From: an uncultured Pseudobdellovibrionaceae bacterium
Lineage (GTDB): Bacteria; Bdellovibrionota; Bdellovibrionia; Bdellovibrionales; UBA1609
Assembly (NCBI GenBank): GCA_964628445.1
Contig: CAZVOP010000004.1
Span: 9,635-73,634 of the forward strand
Direction of reading: 5' to 3'
DNA: 64,000 nucleotides
A model generated the notes under the pieces. That model saw nothing but the letters and a program-made list of their open reading frames with translations. It was not told where the DNA came from and did not search any database. Numbering within the stretch: position 1 is the stretch's first letter; each line of letters opens with the position of its first letter. A program made the translations under genes and the position numbers. Below, in pieces: positions 1 through 9,149 of the stretch.

Positions 1-535
1 GCAGCGCAATATCGAGCAGTTTGCGATTAACGATGGATGTGCATCCAGCGACGATATTTTGAAATAAAATTCGATATTTATCGCTGGCTTGATTGAATTC
101 TTTTAGTTCGAGCATGCTGGACCTTAAGCATTCCAGATGCTCGTTGACGACGCAAAGGTCGGTAAAGACAAGTGCGGCCTTGTCACCCTCGATGAGCTGT
201 ATGTGGTCTAAGGATGATTGGATTTTATCAGGGAGCCATAAATCGTCCTGGTCGGAAAGCATGACGTAGTCGGCAGTAGAAAGTTGCAGCCCAGTCTCGA
301 AAGCTTTAATCACACCTAAATTGGTTTCGTTGCGATGCAACTGAATGTTTGGATACTGTCGGCAAATCTCCTGAACGAAACGGAACTCATCGTTTTGAGA
401 ACCGTCGTCTACCACAATTATGCGTACAGAAAATCCTTGGCGTATGTCGTTACGGATGATCGAATTGATCTGTGCTTCAATGTGCCTCGACCCATTGTGA
501 TGAGTAAGAACTATATCAATATTTTGCTGACTCAT
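1..535 (-). CDS. Glycosyltransferase family 2 (partial; 3' end runs off the window start)
   Basis: Absent from the ORF track because no stop lies in the window. Manual minus-strand translation from ATG 535-533 stays open to position 1. It reads MSQQNIDIVLTHHNGSRHIEAQINSIIRND...RIIVVDDGSQNDE...VMLSDQDDLWLPDKI...AGCTSIVNRKLL. DDGS and DQDDxW are typical GT2 (rhamnosyltransferase-like) motifs. Confidence 0.85.
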   Translation of the reverse strand, partial: MSQQNIDIVLTHHNGSRHIEAQINSIIRNDIRQGFSVRIIVVDDGSQNDEFRFVQEICRQYPNIQLHRNETNLGVIKAFETGLQLSTADYVMLSDQDDLWLPDKIQSSLDHIQLIEGDKAALVFTDLCVVNEHLECLRSSMLELKEFNQASDKYRILFQNIVAGCTSIVNRKLLDIAL

Positions 536-687
536 TGAGGATTGTACTTCCCAGCTCAGGGCATTTAATATCTAAATCTAGCTAATTGGATCAACTGCGG
601 CAAGATGTGGTCGTTTCCTGGCAGCGCTAATGCGATAGGTCAAAATGAATTCTTGAAGTGATCTCGCTCTTTGCGTATCGCTCAGAG

Positions 688-1749
688 ATGGTTATCACCA
701 CTTCGATCACGCAAAATTATCTAGCAAAAGCTAAAGTTCTATTGGCATCTGTTAGGCAGCATCATCCGGAAGCGACTTTCTGTCTTTGTTTGGTAGAGCG
801 TAAAGAACAAGTTTCGGCATTCGAAGATCTACAAGGGTTTGATGACGTTATATATCCGGAAGATCTTTGGGGGGATCAAACGGAGGACACGATATTTAAA
901 TATTCGGTCGTGGAGGCCTGCACTGCCATTAAAGGAACTCTGATGCGCGCCCTAATGAGAAGATACGGCACACACGATGAAATTGTATATTTAGATCCCG
1001 ATACTTTCGTGACTGCTCCGCTAGTTGAATTAATGGTCGAGCTAAAAAAATCGCAGATCATTCTGACCCCACACTTATTGGATACGGAATTTTCGGTTAA
1101 GGCGATTTGGGAAAATGAGATCTGCAGTTTGCGGCATGGTACCTTCAATCTCGGATTTTTGGCGGTTTCACGCGGTGAAGAGTCCGAAGCATTTTTGCGC
1201 TGGTGGGAAGACCGGTTAAATAATTATTGTTTCGATGATCCCAATTCAGGATTGTTTACCGATCAAAAATGGATGGATTTGGCTCCGGGCTTTTTTGAAG
1301 TGAAAATCTTAAAGCATCGTGGCTACAACGTCGCGCCCTGGAATATAGGTCATCGACGGATAACTAAGGCGGGGGGGGACATTTTTGCGGCGGGCGTACC
1401 CTTGCGATTCTTTCATTTTTCGGGATTCAATTCGGGCGCAAACCTAGGGATGATGAAGAAATATGTCTCTGGCGATCCCCGAGCCCTATTTGAATTGCGT
1501 GACAATTACGCTCGACGTTTGGCTGATGCGGGTGAGGAGAGGCTTAAGCGGATCAACTGGACTTTCGGTAATTTTCGTTCTGGACGTAAAATTGCGCCGT
1601 CGTACCGTCGGGCATTCCGATTTTACAAATGGTCGGATCCGTTCGGGCGGGCGCACTTTATATCGTGGTTAAGAGTTTGTTTTTTCGTGTATTTCAAATC
1701 CTACGCGAAAAGGCATCTTCGTTTTTGGGCAAAACGGATATGGGCTTAA
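688..1749 (+). CDS. Glycosyltransferase, GT-A fold (GT8-like nucleotide-diphospho-sugar transferase)
   Basis: ORF track 658..1749. ATG 688 (MVITTSITQNYL) is preferred to GTG 658. Motifs VYLDPDTF (DxD), FTDQKWMDLAP, GYNVAPWN and RFFHFSGF recall GT8-like transferases of O-antigen loci. Divergent from the GT2 at 1..535. Confidence 0.7.
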   Translation: MVITTSITQNYLAKAKVLLASVRQHHPEATFCLCLVERKEQVSAFEDLQGFDDVIYPEDLWGDQTEDTIFKYSVVEACTAIKGTLMRALMRRYGTHDEIVYLDPDTFVTAPLVELMVELKKSQIILTPHLLDTEFSVKAIWENEICSLRHGTFNLGFLAVSRGEESEAFLRWWEDRLNNYCFDDPNSGLFTDQKWMDLAPGFFEVKILKHRGYNVAPWNIGHRRITKAGGDIFAAGVPLRFFHFSGFNSGANLGMMKKYVSGDPRALFELRDNYARRLADAGEERLKRINWTFGNFRSGRKIAPSYRRAFRFYKWSDPFGRAHFISWLRVCFFVYFKSYAKRHLRFWAKRIWA

Positions 1750-3053
1750 AATATATCGTTCGAGAGACATTGTTTCGGGTTATCTTGTTGATAGGAAAAA
1801 CCCCGCTAGGCCCGCCACTTCAGAAAATTATATTGACCTGGATAAAGTGGCGGACCGTACTGTTCCGCCAAATCGATCGCCATGAGGCGGTTTCGTCAGA
1901 CTCGAAGAAGTGCTCGAGATTTCCGCGGCACGTACTTGTGCTATGCCATGCAAACTACCTCGATAGTTTGGGCGGGACCGAGAAAGTCATTTATGAGCAG
2001 GCAAGCGCATTCGCGGGACAAAATGTCGGAACGGTCGCTTTTTTTCCGATGCCAAAGTCCATTTTTTCACTAAATAAAAAAAGGAAGTACGGCTGTCTCG
2101 TCGATGGCGAGTTGGTCGAGAATTGGTTTTCTGGCGCTCAACTAGCGAGCATCTGCGAAAAGTTTAAGTTTGTACATTTTTTTATTCATCACCTTAAAGA
2201 TTGGCAGCTCGCTGACTGTGAGAATCTCATTTCGCAAGTTTCCGAAAAACCGGTATTTTTCGTACATGACTTTTACGCAGTCTGCCCGAGTATAAATTTT
2301 TCCTGTCTAAATAATTCGGCGAATTCACAATTTCGTGGCGGCTGCTTTGGCGGGAAATGTTCCCAAAGATATTCTGCCGGATTGATGAACGCGTGGCGAC
2401 TGCGATTTGGCCATATTATTGAAAAATGTCAACGGACCGTTGTGCCGTCTTTGTTCGTTAAGCACTCGTTGGAAAAGTATTTCCCCGATCTCTTGGCGGA
2501 AGTCGTTGTCGAGCCTCCGGCGCTGCTTTCGGCCGCAACGAGGCCTTGTGCAGAGAGGAGTCAAGGAAAAATAAAAATTGCCTACTTGGGGTATGGTTCA
2601 CCCATCAAGGGCTACGATCTTTGGCGAAGCATCATTGAAGACCCACGACTGAGAAATCTGTACGATTTTGTTCAGGTCGGTGGAACTGATCAGGCTGATC
2701 CACTATGTAAATCTATTGCATTTAATCACTATAAAGATGGTCGGCAAAGGGCTGTTGAGATCCTACTCGAAGAGAATGTGGATATAGTTTTACTTTGGTC
2801 GACGGTTCCTGAAACTTTCTCATTTACGTTGCATGAAGCGCTGGCAGCGGGGAAGACCATTCTTACCGGTCCGCAAAGTGGAAATATCGCGGCTGTGGTC
2901 CGTGAGCTTGACGTGGGAATGGTGCTTGAGAATGAAAAGGCTTTGCGGGATCTTCTTTTGGACAGCCATGCTACTAGGGACATGGTTCGAAAGATTCCCG
3001 CGCGATCATTATCGGTGAACACTTGGTTCTTATCTAAAGAGACGGTGCCTTGA
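1740..3053 (+). CDS. Glycosyltransferase, GT-B fold (GT4/GT1-like C-terminal domain)
   Basis: ORF track 1629..3053. The first 37 codons overlap the upstream gene, and ATG 1740 overlaps its last codons. The C-terminal VDIVLLWSTVPETFSFTLHEALAAGKTILTGPQSGNIAAVV resembles the E-x7-E sugar-nucleotide region of GT4 enzymes. The Cys-rich N-domain is unassigned. Confidence 0.65.
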   Translation: MGLKYIVRETLFRVILLIGKTPLGPPLQKIILTWIKWRTVLFRQIDRHEAVSSDSKKCSRFPRHVLVLCHANYLDSLGGTEKVIYEQASAFAGQNVGTVAFFPMPKSIFSLNKKRKYGCLVDGELVENWFSGAQLASICEKFKFVHFFIHHLKDWQLADCENLISQVSEKPVFFVHDFYAVCPSINFSCLNNSANSQFRGGCFGGKCSQRYSAGLMNAWRLRFGHIIEKCQRTVVPSLFVKHSLEKYFPDLLAEVVVEPPALLSAATRPCAERSQGKIKIAYLGYGSPIKGYDLWRSIIEDPRLRNLYDFVQVGGTDQADPLCKSIAFNHYKDGRQRAVEILLEENVDIVLLWSTVPETFSFTLHEALAAGKTILTGPQSGNIAAVVRELDVGMVLENEKALRDLLLDSHATRDMVRKIPARSLSVNTWFLSKETVP

Positions 3054-4452
3054 TTTCTTTCAGAGCAAGCATGTTTAGGCAAAATATGAATAACGTGATG
3101 ATAATGCCAATGGTCGCGAGTGTATTGGCTGCTCTTTTTGTCGGCTTGACGTAAACTGGCCGCTCGATCATCCATATTAGGCCGGCCAAGGTTATTGCCA
3201 TGACACTCCAGTAGACATACCGAAAGTCAGCCATCGGCGTTAGTGGCAAATAACCCAACGTATAAAGTAAACCAGAGAAAAGAAGAGTTCGGATATCTCT
3301 CAAGGATGGACTTGGTTGCATGGTTAAGGTCATAAGTAGAAGTAAAGAGCCGATCCATAGCCACCAGTAGGGCTTAAAGGCAAATGGCATCAGCTTCGCG
3401 GTTCCATATACGTATCTTTCGAGAAGATTCGTTGCTTGAGTTCGCCGTTGCTTAAGATTTAAATTATTTTCATCGACGCCCGGATGCCAAATATAATACG
3501 GACTGTGAGCCGGAGATCGAATGAGATAAGAAAATGCGGAGAGCCGGTATGCAAGATAACTGATCGGATGGAGTACTAATTGGCGCAGCCAAATGGATTT
3601 AAGGCTATCTCCTAGAACCGGGTTGCCACGATATGTCGGTTTCTCTGCGAGGCAGAATGACTTCCCAACGAGTTTTGTTTTTCCGATTTCATTCTGAGCG
3701 CATTGTTGGAGATCTTCGATCGAGACGCCAGGGATCAGACTTTGTCCTGAATGAACTGAAAGAAAGAGTAAATCGTCCACCATAATGTAGTTGGAAGGAT
3801 TGGTTTTAGTGGCCCCAAGAATCTGATAGTTAAGGATCGATCCCGCAAAGACCAATGCTGCGAGGGCTCCTAGCGAACTGATTGCGGACCATTTGATCGA
3901 TAGCTGTCCTTGCCATCTCATAAATAGGTATAAAATGGGGCCGACTGCGAATATGGCGTTGTATCGTAAATTTACGGCGTAGAACGCAGCGAGTGCCATC
4001 AGGAGCATTTTCGATCTAGAGAGTGATGAACCGCCTAGGGCCACCATCATGAGCAGGGAAACAGCCATGCCGACGTCTTTCCACAACACTCCAGAAAAAT
4101 TGATGACCCACGGTAAGAAGCCGGCCGCAATGATTAGCCATGCGAGGCGCCGCTTTTCATATTTTTGATACAGTAAATATAGTCCTGCCCAAAGCAAAGT
4201 AAGATGAAATGCTAGAAGGCCTTGGGGACCATCAACAGCATCGTTTAAGCGAGACCAAATCCAGGACATAATCGGCGGATGCCAATCGGTATATTCCAAG
4301 GTTTTAGAGATTTGGTATTGGGCAAGTGAATCGAAAGACATGAACCCGGGATAAAAGGCAAACCAGCAGAATGTAAAGCCTCCTAGTGCCAAGAAAGCGC
4401 AAGATATTTGCCTTCTCAAACTATCCTCGAAGGGTTGTATCGGCCAAAGCAA
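3034..4452 (-). CDS. Polytopic membrane glycosyltransferase-like protein (GT-C fold, PMT_2/ArnT-like)
   Basis: 472 aa with about a dozen hydrophobic segments. The N-terminal FYPGFMSFDSLAQY...YTDWHPPIMSW loop resembles the first periplasmic loop of GT-C enzymes. It lies directly downstream of a polyprenyl-phosphate sugar synthase-like GT2. The true start may be internal, because there is a 37-nt overlap with 4416..5225. Confidence 0.55.
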   Translation of the reverse strand: MLWPIQPFEDSLRRQISCAFLALGGFTFCWFAFYPGFMSFDSLAQYQISKTLEYTDWHPPIMSWIWSRLNDAVDGPQGLLAFHLTLLWAGLYLLYQKYEKRRLAWLIIAAGFLPWVINFSGVLWKDVGMAVSLLMMVALGGSSLSRSKMLLMALAAFYAVNLRYNAIFAVGPILYLFMRWQGQLSIKWSAISSLGALAALVFAGSILNYQILGATKTNPSNYIMVDDLLFLSVHSGQSLIPGVSIEDLQQCAQNEIGKTKLVGKSFCLAEKPTYRGNPVLGDSLKSIWLRQLVLHPISYLAYRLSAFSYLIRSPAHSPYYIWHPGVDENNLNLKQRRTQATNLLERYVYGTAKLMPFAFKPYWWLWIGSLLLLMTLTMQPSPSLRDIRTLLFSGLLYTLGYLPLTPMADFRYVYWSVMAITLAGLIWMIERPVYVKPTKRAANTLATIGIIITLFIFCLNMLALKEIKAPSL

Positions 4453-5225
4453 GTCTTAAGTAGTATCATAAATACGGTAAGGTTTCCGCGGAAGCTACTG
4501 ATCTTGGTGGGGACTTCTCCGAAGGGATAGACACGTGAGGTGGGAATTTCTAGACAGCGATAACCGAGCTTAGGCACTCGGTAGCTAAGGTATGCGAGCA
4601 GCTCGTAAGTCATGAATATATTTCGGAATGGTGCCACTCTTGGATCGTGCAGTATTTTGGAACTGTAAGCGCGAAAACCTTGGGTCGTGTCGGTCCAAGG
4701 AAAACCCGAAAATATACTTAATAACGGTGCATGAATGAAGCGAATGGCCAGGTCTCGGGCGCGTGGGGTGTTCCCTGCAATTCCTCCCTCGACAAATCGT
4801 GAAGCCTGGACGAAATCCACACCATTTTCAAGCGCCGATATGAAACGAGGAATCGCTTCCGGATCATCTTTATCATTTCCATCGATGGTCACAATGCCCT
4901 CGTAACCTTGATCTAGTGCGAAGGCATAGGCGCATCGTAGCTGCGCACTGAGCTTGCCCGGCCCCTTTTTGACGATCAAGTTACTGACATCGGATTCCCG
5001 CAGAAAAGCCAAATCAAGTGATCCATCGGTGCTGCCGCCATCGACGATGATGATGTCGACAAGGTCAGCAAGACGCAGATTTTTCATTTTGCGAAGGAGG
5101 CTCGCTATCCTTAGGCCTTCGTTAATCACCGGAATAACGACGCAATAGCGATATCTACGCTGGTTATGGAAAGTGATTTCGTATTCGGGAGTTTCCCACG
5201 CTTGGCTCATTTCAAATCTCGGCAT
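4416..5225 (-). CDS. GT2 glycosyltransferase, polyprenyl-phosphate sugar synthase-like (DPM1/ArnC-like, no TM tail)
   Basis: CVVIPVINEG, IIVDGGSTDGS and VTIDGNDKDDP are GT2 motifs. An alternative ATG at 5210 (MSQAWE) lies one nt after the upstream stop. Confidence 0.75.
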   Translation of the reverse strand: MPRFEMSQAWETPEYEITFHNQRRYRYCVVIPVINEGLRIASLLRKMKNLRLADLVDIIIVDGGSTDGSLDLAFLRESDVSNLIVKKGPGKLSAQLRCAYAFALDQGYEGIVTIDGNDKDDPEAIPRFISALENGVDFVQASRFVEGGIAGNTPRARDLAIRFIHAPLLSIFSGFPWTDTTQGFRAYSSKILHDPRVAPFRNIFMTYELLAYLSYRVPKLGYRCLEIPTSRVYPFGEVPTKISSFRGNLTVFMILLKTCFGRYNPSRIV

Positions 5226-6033
5226 GGTATATGTTATTAACCATGTTGACGGCTCTGTCGATGGCGGTCAAATGAGATTCATTTTTAGAAGCGACCATTT
5301 CGATGGTGATCAACTGATCGGGCAAATAGTGTTTGAGAGCAGATTTGATTTTTTGATGGTCTGTGCGACCATCCCCAATGGGTAGAAGATCGGGCTCACT
5401 GATGTGAATGTGGCCGATTAGGGGAGCATATTTGCGCAAAGTTTCAAGCGGATCTTCATTGTTGATAGTCAGCGCGCCGGTATCAAACTGCATCTTAATG
5501 GCCCGATGATTGATCGTATTTACGACCGCCGCGGTTTCGTCAGCGGTGGTCATAAAGTTTGCTCCGTAATGAGTGGGATTTGGCTCAAGGCAAATGATGA
5601 CGCCGTGTTTGGCGGCGATGTCGCCAAGGCGTGTGAAGAATACGGTTGCGATCTCCATGGTTTCACTGTCTCTTTTGCCCGAACGGTCTCGATTTTTTGG
5701 AGATCCAAAAACTAACCGTTCACCACCGAGACCAGCGCCAATTCGGCAGATATGGTCTAGGTGCTTGAGCATCGCATCTTGGCTTTGTGAATTGCCAAAT
5801 ACGTTAAGCCCAGATGTTCCAAACAGGAGCGCCTGCATACCTGTTATTTTGAAACCGCGTCCGAGCCACCATGCTTTAACTTTCGAAATTTCCGAATCCG
5901 TCGCGCGTGAAGGATCTGGAAAATATTTGCCCGGCGCGACATCAATGAATTTCACCCGCTGACGTCCCAAAAGTTCGGCGACGGCTTCATCTTCCGCAGT
6001 ATCCCATGCAATATTTGAGATAGCGATCTTCAC
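5212..6033 (-). CDS. Sugar phosphate isomerase/epimerase (xylose isomerase-like TIM barrel)
   Basis: The GTG start overlaps the upstream stop (GTGA). MKIAISNIAWD, VIICLEPN and IGHIHISEPD give a pattern of metal ligands as in AP-endonuclease-2/xylose-isomerase-like TIM barrels. Confidence 0.7.
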   Translation of the reverse strand: MKIAISNIAWDTAEDEAVAELLGRQRVKFIDVAPGKYFPDPSRATDSEISKVKAWWLGRGFKITGMQALLFGTSGLNVFGNSQSQDAMLKHLDHICRIGAGLGGERLVFGSPKNRDRSGKRDSETMEIATVFFTRLGDIAAKHGVIICLEPNPTHYGANFMTTADETAAVVNTINHRAIKMQFDTGALTINNEDPLETLRKYAPLIGHIHISEPDLLPIGDGRTDHQKIKSALKHYLPDQLITIEMVASKNESHLTAIDRAVNMVNNIYHAEI

Positions 6034-6797
6034 GATTTTTTCTCGGATTGAGCGTACGCACGCACGGCCAGAAGAGTTTCCCTGGCGCTGTACTGGTATG
6101 AACCGCGTGCGCCGAAGATTTCGGCGTGGAGGGTGCGCATATCGTAGTGGGCTGGCGTGGCCGACTTTTCAAGGTTGAATTCTAAGCCAAAACCCTGCTT
6201 CGCGATTTCTCGCACACTGACGGGTTCTGCGGTTAAATGTAAGGTACGAATGCCGGCATGCATGGCGGTACTTAGATCAGACCAAAGATTAACCATGGGA
6301 TAAAATTGGAATACGCTTCGGCTCTCAATTTCTTGTATGTTATTATTATTTAAACAATCGTAGATCACATTCTTACGCAATCCAGGGCCGACAAGACCCG
6401 GCAGCCTGACGATGAGATGATTCGAAAAATGGCTTCCGACGAATGTTTCTAGTTTCCGCCGATTAAGGCCGTACGGGTGCAGTCCGTTTTCGTCAATCGC
6501 CGAACTCTCGTCGACGCCATTCGGATTCTTAAATACATCGACCGTACTGATAAGGATAAAACGTTTGCAATTTACCGCTTTTAAATGATCGATGAGGCAA
6601 TCGATCTTTTGGCGGTCAGCCTCCGGCTCTCGATTGGCGATCCATTTTTGGGCTGGCGCGCCGGCGCAGACGACGAAATCAAACGTTTGCCCGGAGATCT
6701 GTTCTATATTAGTCGAGCGATAAAGTGCATCGAATTGAGTTTGTTTCAGTAAGGTGCTCCCCACGTATCCAGTATAACCTATGAGCGCATTGGCCAC
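6030..6797 (-). CDS. NAD(P)-binding epimerase/reductase-like protein (short SDR/NmrA-like)
   Basis: GTG start. The N-terminal LIGYTGYVGSTL is a glycine-rich dinucleotide fold. 255 aa. Called from motif and size only. Confidence 0.6.
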   Translation of the reverse strand: MANALIGYTGYVGSTLLKQTQFDALYRSTNIEQISGQTFDFVVCAGAPAQKWIANREPEADRQKIDCLIDHLKAVNCKRFILISTVDVFKNPNGVDESSAIDENGLHPYGLNRRKLETFVGSHFSNHLIVRLPGLVGPGLRKNVIYDCLNNNNIQEIESRSVFQFYPMVNLWSDLSTAMHAGIRTLHLTAEPVSVREIAKQGFGLEFNLEKSATPAHYDMRTLHAEIFGARGSYQYSARETLLAVRAYAQSEKKS

Positions 6798-6821
6798 GAA
6801 TTATCCTTTCCATTTACCGAA

Positions 6822-7949
6822 CTAAGAGATGTTAAAGATTTCTGCATCTAATTTCTCCAATACATCGTAAATATTATCGAGCTTACCTCCCAAGATCGAA
6901 AAGCATCCTGGTAGGGAGTGATGCCTCTCAAACAAAATTGGTCGCCCATCATCGCCTTCATTTTTTACTAGAATGGTTTTCACCTCGAGCAGTGAGTCGA
7001 CGTATTTCGATTTGCCGATGGGGGGTAAATATCGAGCCGAATCGCGGGCCATTCGCCCTGCACGTGTTGCGAATTGGTAGCTTGAAAGCCTTGCGTAGGG
7101 ATCTACGTTTGGCTCATCCAGCCAATTAGTATGAGGTGTGTATCTCACGTGAGAAAGGGAATGAACTCCCCGTGCTGGAAAAGGCGTAAATGAAAAGAAA
7201 GGCCCATCCATAAGTGTGACTCCCAGGTCTTTGAGCTCCGGAGGCGCTTCCATCAGTGCAATCTCGGTGATCTCCTGCTTTAACTTCAAGCTAGTGCCCG
7301 GAAAATTTCCGCCAAGGTGGTTCAACCCGCTATAGGTGCAATTGAAAACGAAATTTGCCTCGGCAATAGATTCCGTGCCGCGGGAACTTAAGGCAATGGT
7401 GAGCGGTCCGTGACTTTGACGAATGATTGAAGAGGCTTTGGTTAAAAGGCGAACCTCTACGCCGGAGGCCGCCAGTTCACGATCAGCCCATTCCGCCAAT
7501 TGAGTTGAATCAAAAGAGTATTCTTCGACTTGGAAGACTTGCTCGATGAGTCTAGGCTCGAAAAGTTTAGTTAATTTGGCGGGCGCGGGTTGAAGTTTTG
7601 CACCTATGTTATGACAAAACCGTTCGAATTGATGAACGGTGACTTTCGAGTTTCGACGGGCGATCGCATAAAGTGACGTAAAGTCTTTTCGAACAGCTTG
7701 CGGCCAATCATGGACAAAGCGAGGGAAGTTCACTCGGCTGCGGTAGGCGGTCATGAAGCTTCGAGGGTAGTGATAACCATTATGAACGCGTGCTTGATTG
7801 TTGTAAGAAGCACGTCGCATTAGTGATCCTTCCTGCTCGACGAGGAGCACTTTCTTTAGTTTTCTCGTCTGTGCTAGGTAGGTAGCGATGACGGTGCCAT
7901 AAAATCCTCCGCCCAGTATAATGGCATCAAATCGATGTTCAATGGCCAT
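6822..7949 (-). CDS. FAD-dependent oxidoreductase
   Basis: The N-terminal DAIILGGGFYGTVIATYLA...KVLLVEQEG is a beta-alpha-beta FAD fold (GxGxxG plus an acidic residue). 375 aa. The start overlaps the upstream gene by 11 nt. Confidence 0.75.
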   Translation of the reverse strand: MAIEHRFDAIILGGGFYGTVIATYLAQTRKLKKVLLVEQEGSLMRRASYNNQARVHNGYHYPRSFMTAYRSRVNFPRFVHDWPQAVRKDFTSLYAIARRNSKVTVHQFERFCHNIGAKLQPAPAKLTKLFEPRLIEQVFQVEEYSFDSTQLAEWADRELAASGVEVRLLTKASSIIRQSHGPLTIALSSRGTESIAEANFVFNCTYSGLNHLGGNFPGTSLKLKQEITEIALMEAPPELKDLGVTLMDGPFFSFTPFPARGVHSLSHVRYTPHTNWLDEPNVDPYARLSSYQFATRAGRMARDSARYLPPIGKSKYVDSLLEVKTILVKNEGDDGRPILFERHHSLPGCFSILGGKLDNIYDVLEKLDAEIFNIS

Positions 7950-8985
7950 TGTTCTGTTTTGATCTAGCTGTGCCCGAATTTACTTGGGCTATGTCTTCTA
8001 TATTCAATTTTTCGTAGCGGGTCACTCGCGCACTCGTGAACTCTTGACCGACATGGTAAAGCGGACCTTCATTGGAAAGTGACGCCATGTGGAGGATGTA
8101 TTCTCCTAAAACCAAAAGCACCAAAGAAATTAAAAAAAACATTCCGGATTGCTGGAGAGAAAGACTGATCCAGCCAGGCGCGACATTGGCCTTAAACAGT
8201 CCAATCGCTACGACGTAAATTGAATAGATCATATTCGCGGCCGCGCCAAAGAGGGAAAGAGATGTAACAAGTCGCATAGGGGCCCGAGTGGTAGATACTA
8301 ATAGGCGCATGCTTCGGTCTATTCTTTCGCCAAGCAACTTTTTGCGCGAAGCCTTAGGCGCCGCTTTATAAGAGAGATTGGCTCGCGTAAATCCACCTGT
8401 GGCAGGCAAGTGGCGATAGGTGATGGCTGGTTGGGGATGCTGAAGGACAAAATTGACGACCCGCTTGCTGAGGAGCCGATATTGAGGTGCTTCTGTAGAT
8501 AGGTTCACACCGTTAAAGTGTTTATAGAGTGAGTTAAACGCTGCGCTCGCGCATCGATAAACCAATCCCTGCGTTGGTTTATGGTCATTGTTGGCAAAAA
8601 CAACGTCTGCGCCCGACACTGATTTGTCTAGCATTTCCGGCAGAAACCCAATCTCTTCTGTGAAAGGATCAATCACCGCGACGAAATCCCCTATCGCATT
8701 TTCTAGCCCGACCCATGCAGCAGTGTCCATGTCGACTTCTTTGGTGAGCGCATAGACTTGTAGATTGGGGAGCCCGGATTCCTTGGTGAGATTTTTTAGC
8801 TTAAAGAGACTTTCGTCGCTTGAGGCGTTGTCTACAACAATAAGTTCGTAATCGGTGACCATTTTCGACAGGCGTTGGGAGGCATCCGTAAGAATGCTCT
8901 CCAGTTCAGAGTCATGATTGCGAAAGACATAGACAACCGACAAGAAAATCGGAAAAACCGGCACTTTTAACTCTCCCAAAGACAT
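7939..8985 (-). CDS. GT2 glycosyltransferase with C-terminal TM helices (GtrB/bactoprenol-phosphate glycosyltransferase-like)
   Basis: ELIVVDNASSDES and VAVIDP are GT2 motifs. Two C-terminal hydrophobic helices (LVTSLSLFGAAANMIYSIYVVAIGLF and GMFFLISLVLLVLGEYIL) match the GtrB/ArnC architecture. Confidence 0.75.
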   Translation of the reverse strand: MSLGELKVPVFPIFLSVVYVFRNHDSELESILTDASQRLSKMVTDYELIVVDNASSDESLFKLKNLTKESGLPNLQVYALTKEVDMDTAAWVGLENAIGDFVAVIDPFTEEIGFLPEMLDKSVSGADVVFANNDHKPTQGLVYRCASAAFNSLYKHFNGVNLSTEAPQYRLLSKRVVNFVLQHPQPAITYRHLPATGGFTRANLSYKAAPKASRKKLLGERIDRSMRLLVSTTRAPMRLVTSLSLFGAAANMIYSIYVVAIGLFKANVAPGWISLSLQQSGMFFLISLVLLVLGEYILHMASLSNEGPLYHVGQEFTSARVTRYEKLNIEDIAQVNSGTARSKQNNGH

Positions 8986-9149
8986 TTGACTTATAGACTA
9001 TAAAGTCGATGCAATGTCACTTTTATCTCCAGATCTAGCCTTCTTGCAGGTTGTCAATTGGCGCTCAACTTTCGAAAGAAAGTTGTCACTTCGCCGGCTT
9101 AATTTTATTAAGGACTAGGTAATAATACATCTTCAAACTTAAGGACCCC

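Noticed and set aside
335-538. A 67-aa plus-strand ORF at the window start.
   Set aside because: It is antisense to the manually translated GT2 gene (1..535, minus strand), which has clear DDGS and DQDD motifs.
1629-1739. N-terminal extensions suggested by the longest-ORF track. This applies here and at 15877..15954, 12333..12422, 20370..20459, 39347..39394, 50083..50154, 52579..52677 and 60272..60388.
   Set aside because: The extensions overlap upstream genes or lack an RBS. Internal starts give canonical family N-termini or signal peptides, often with a good Shine-Dalgarno sequence or stop/start coupling.
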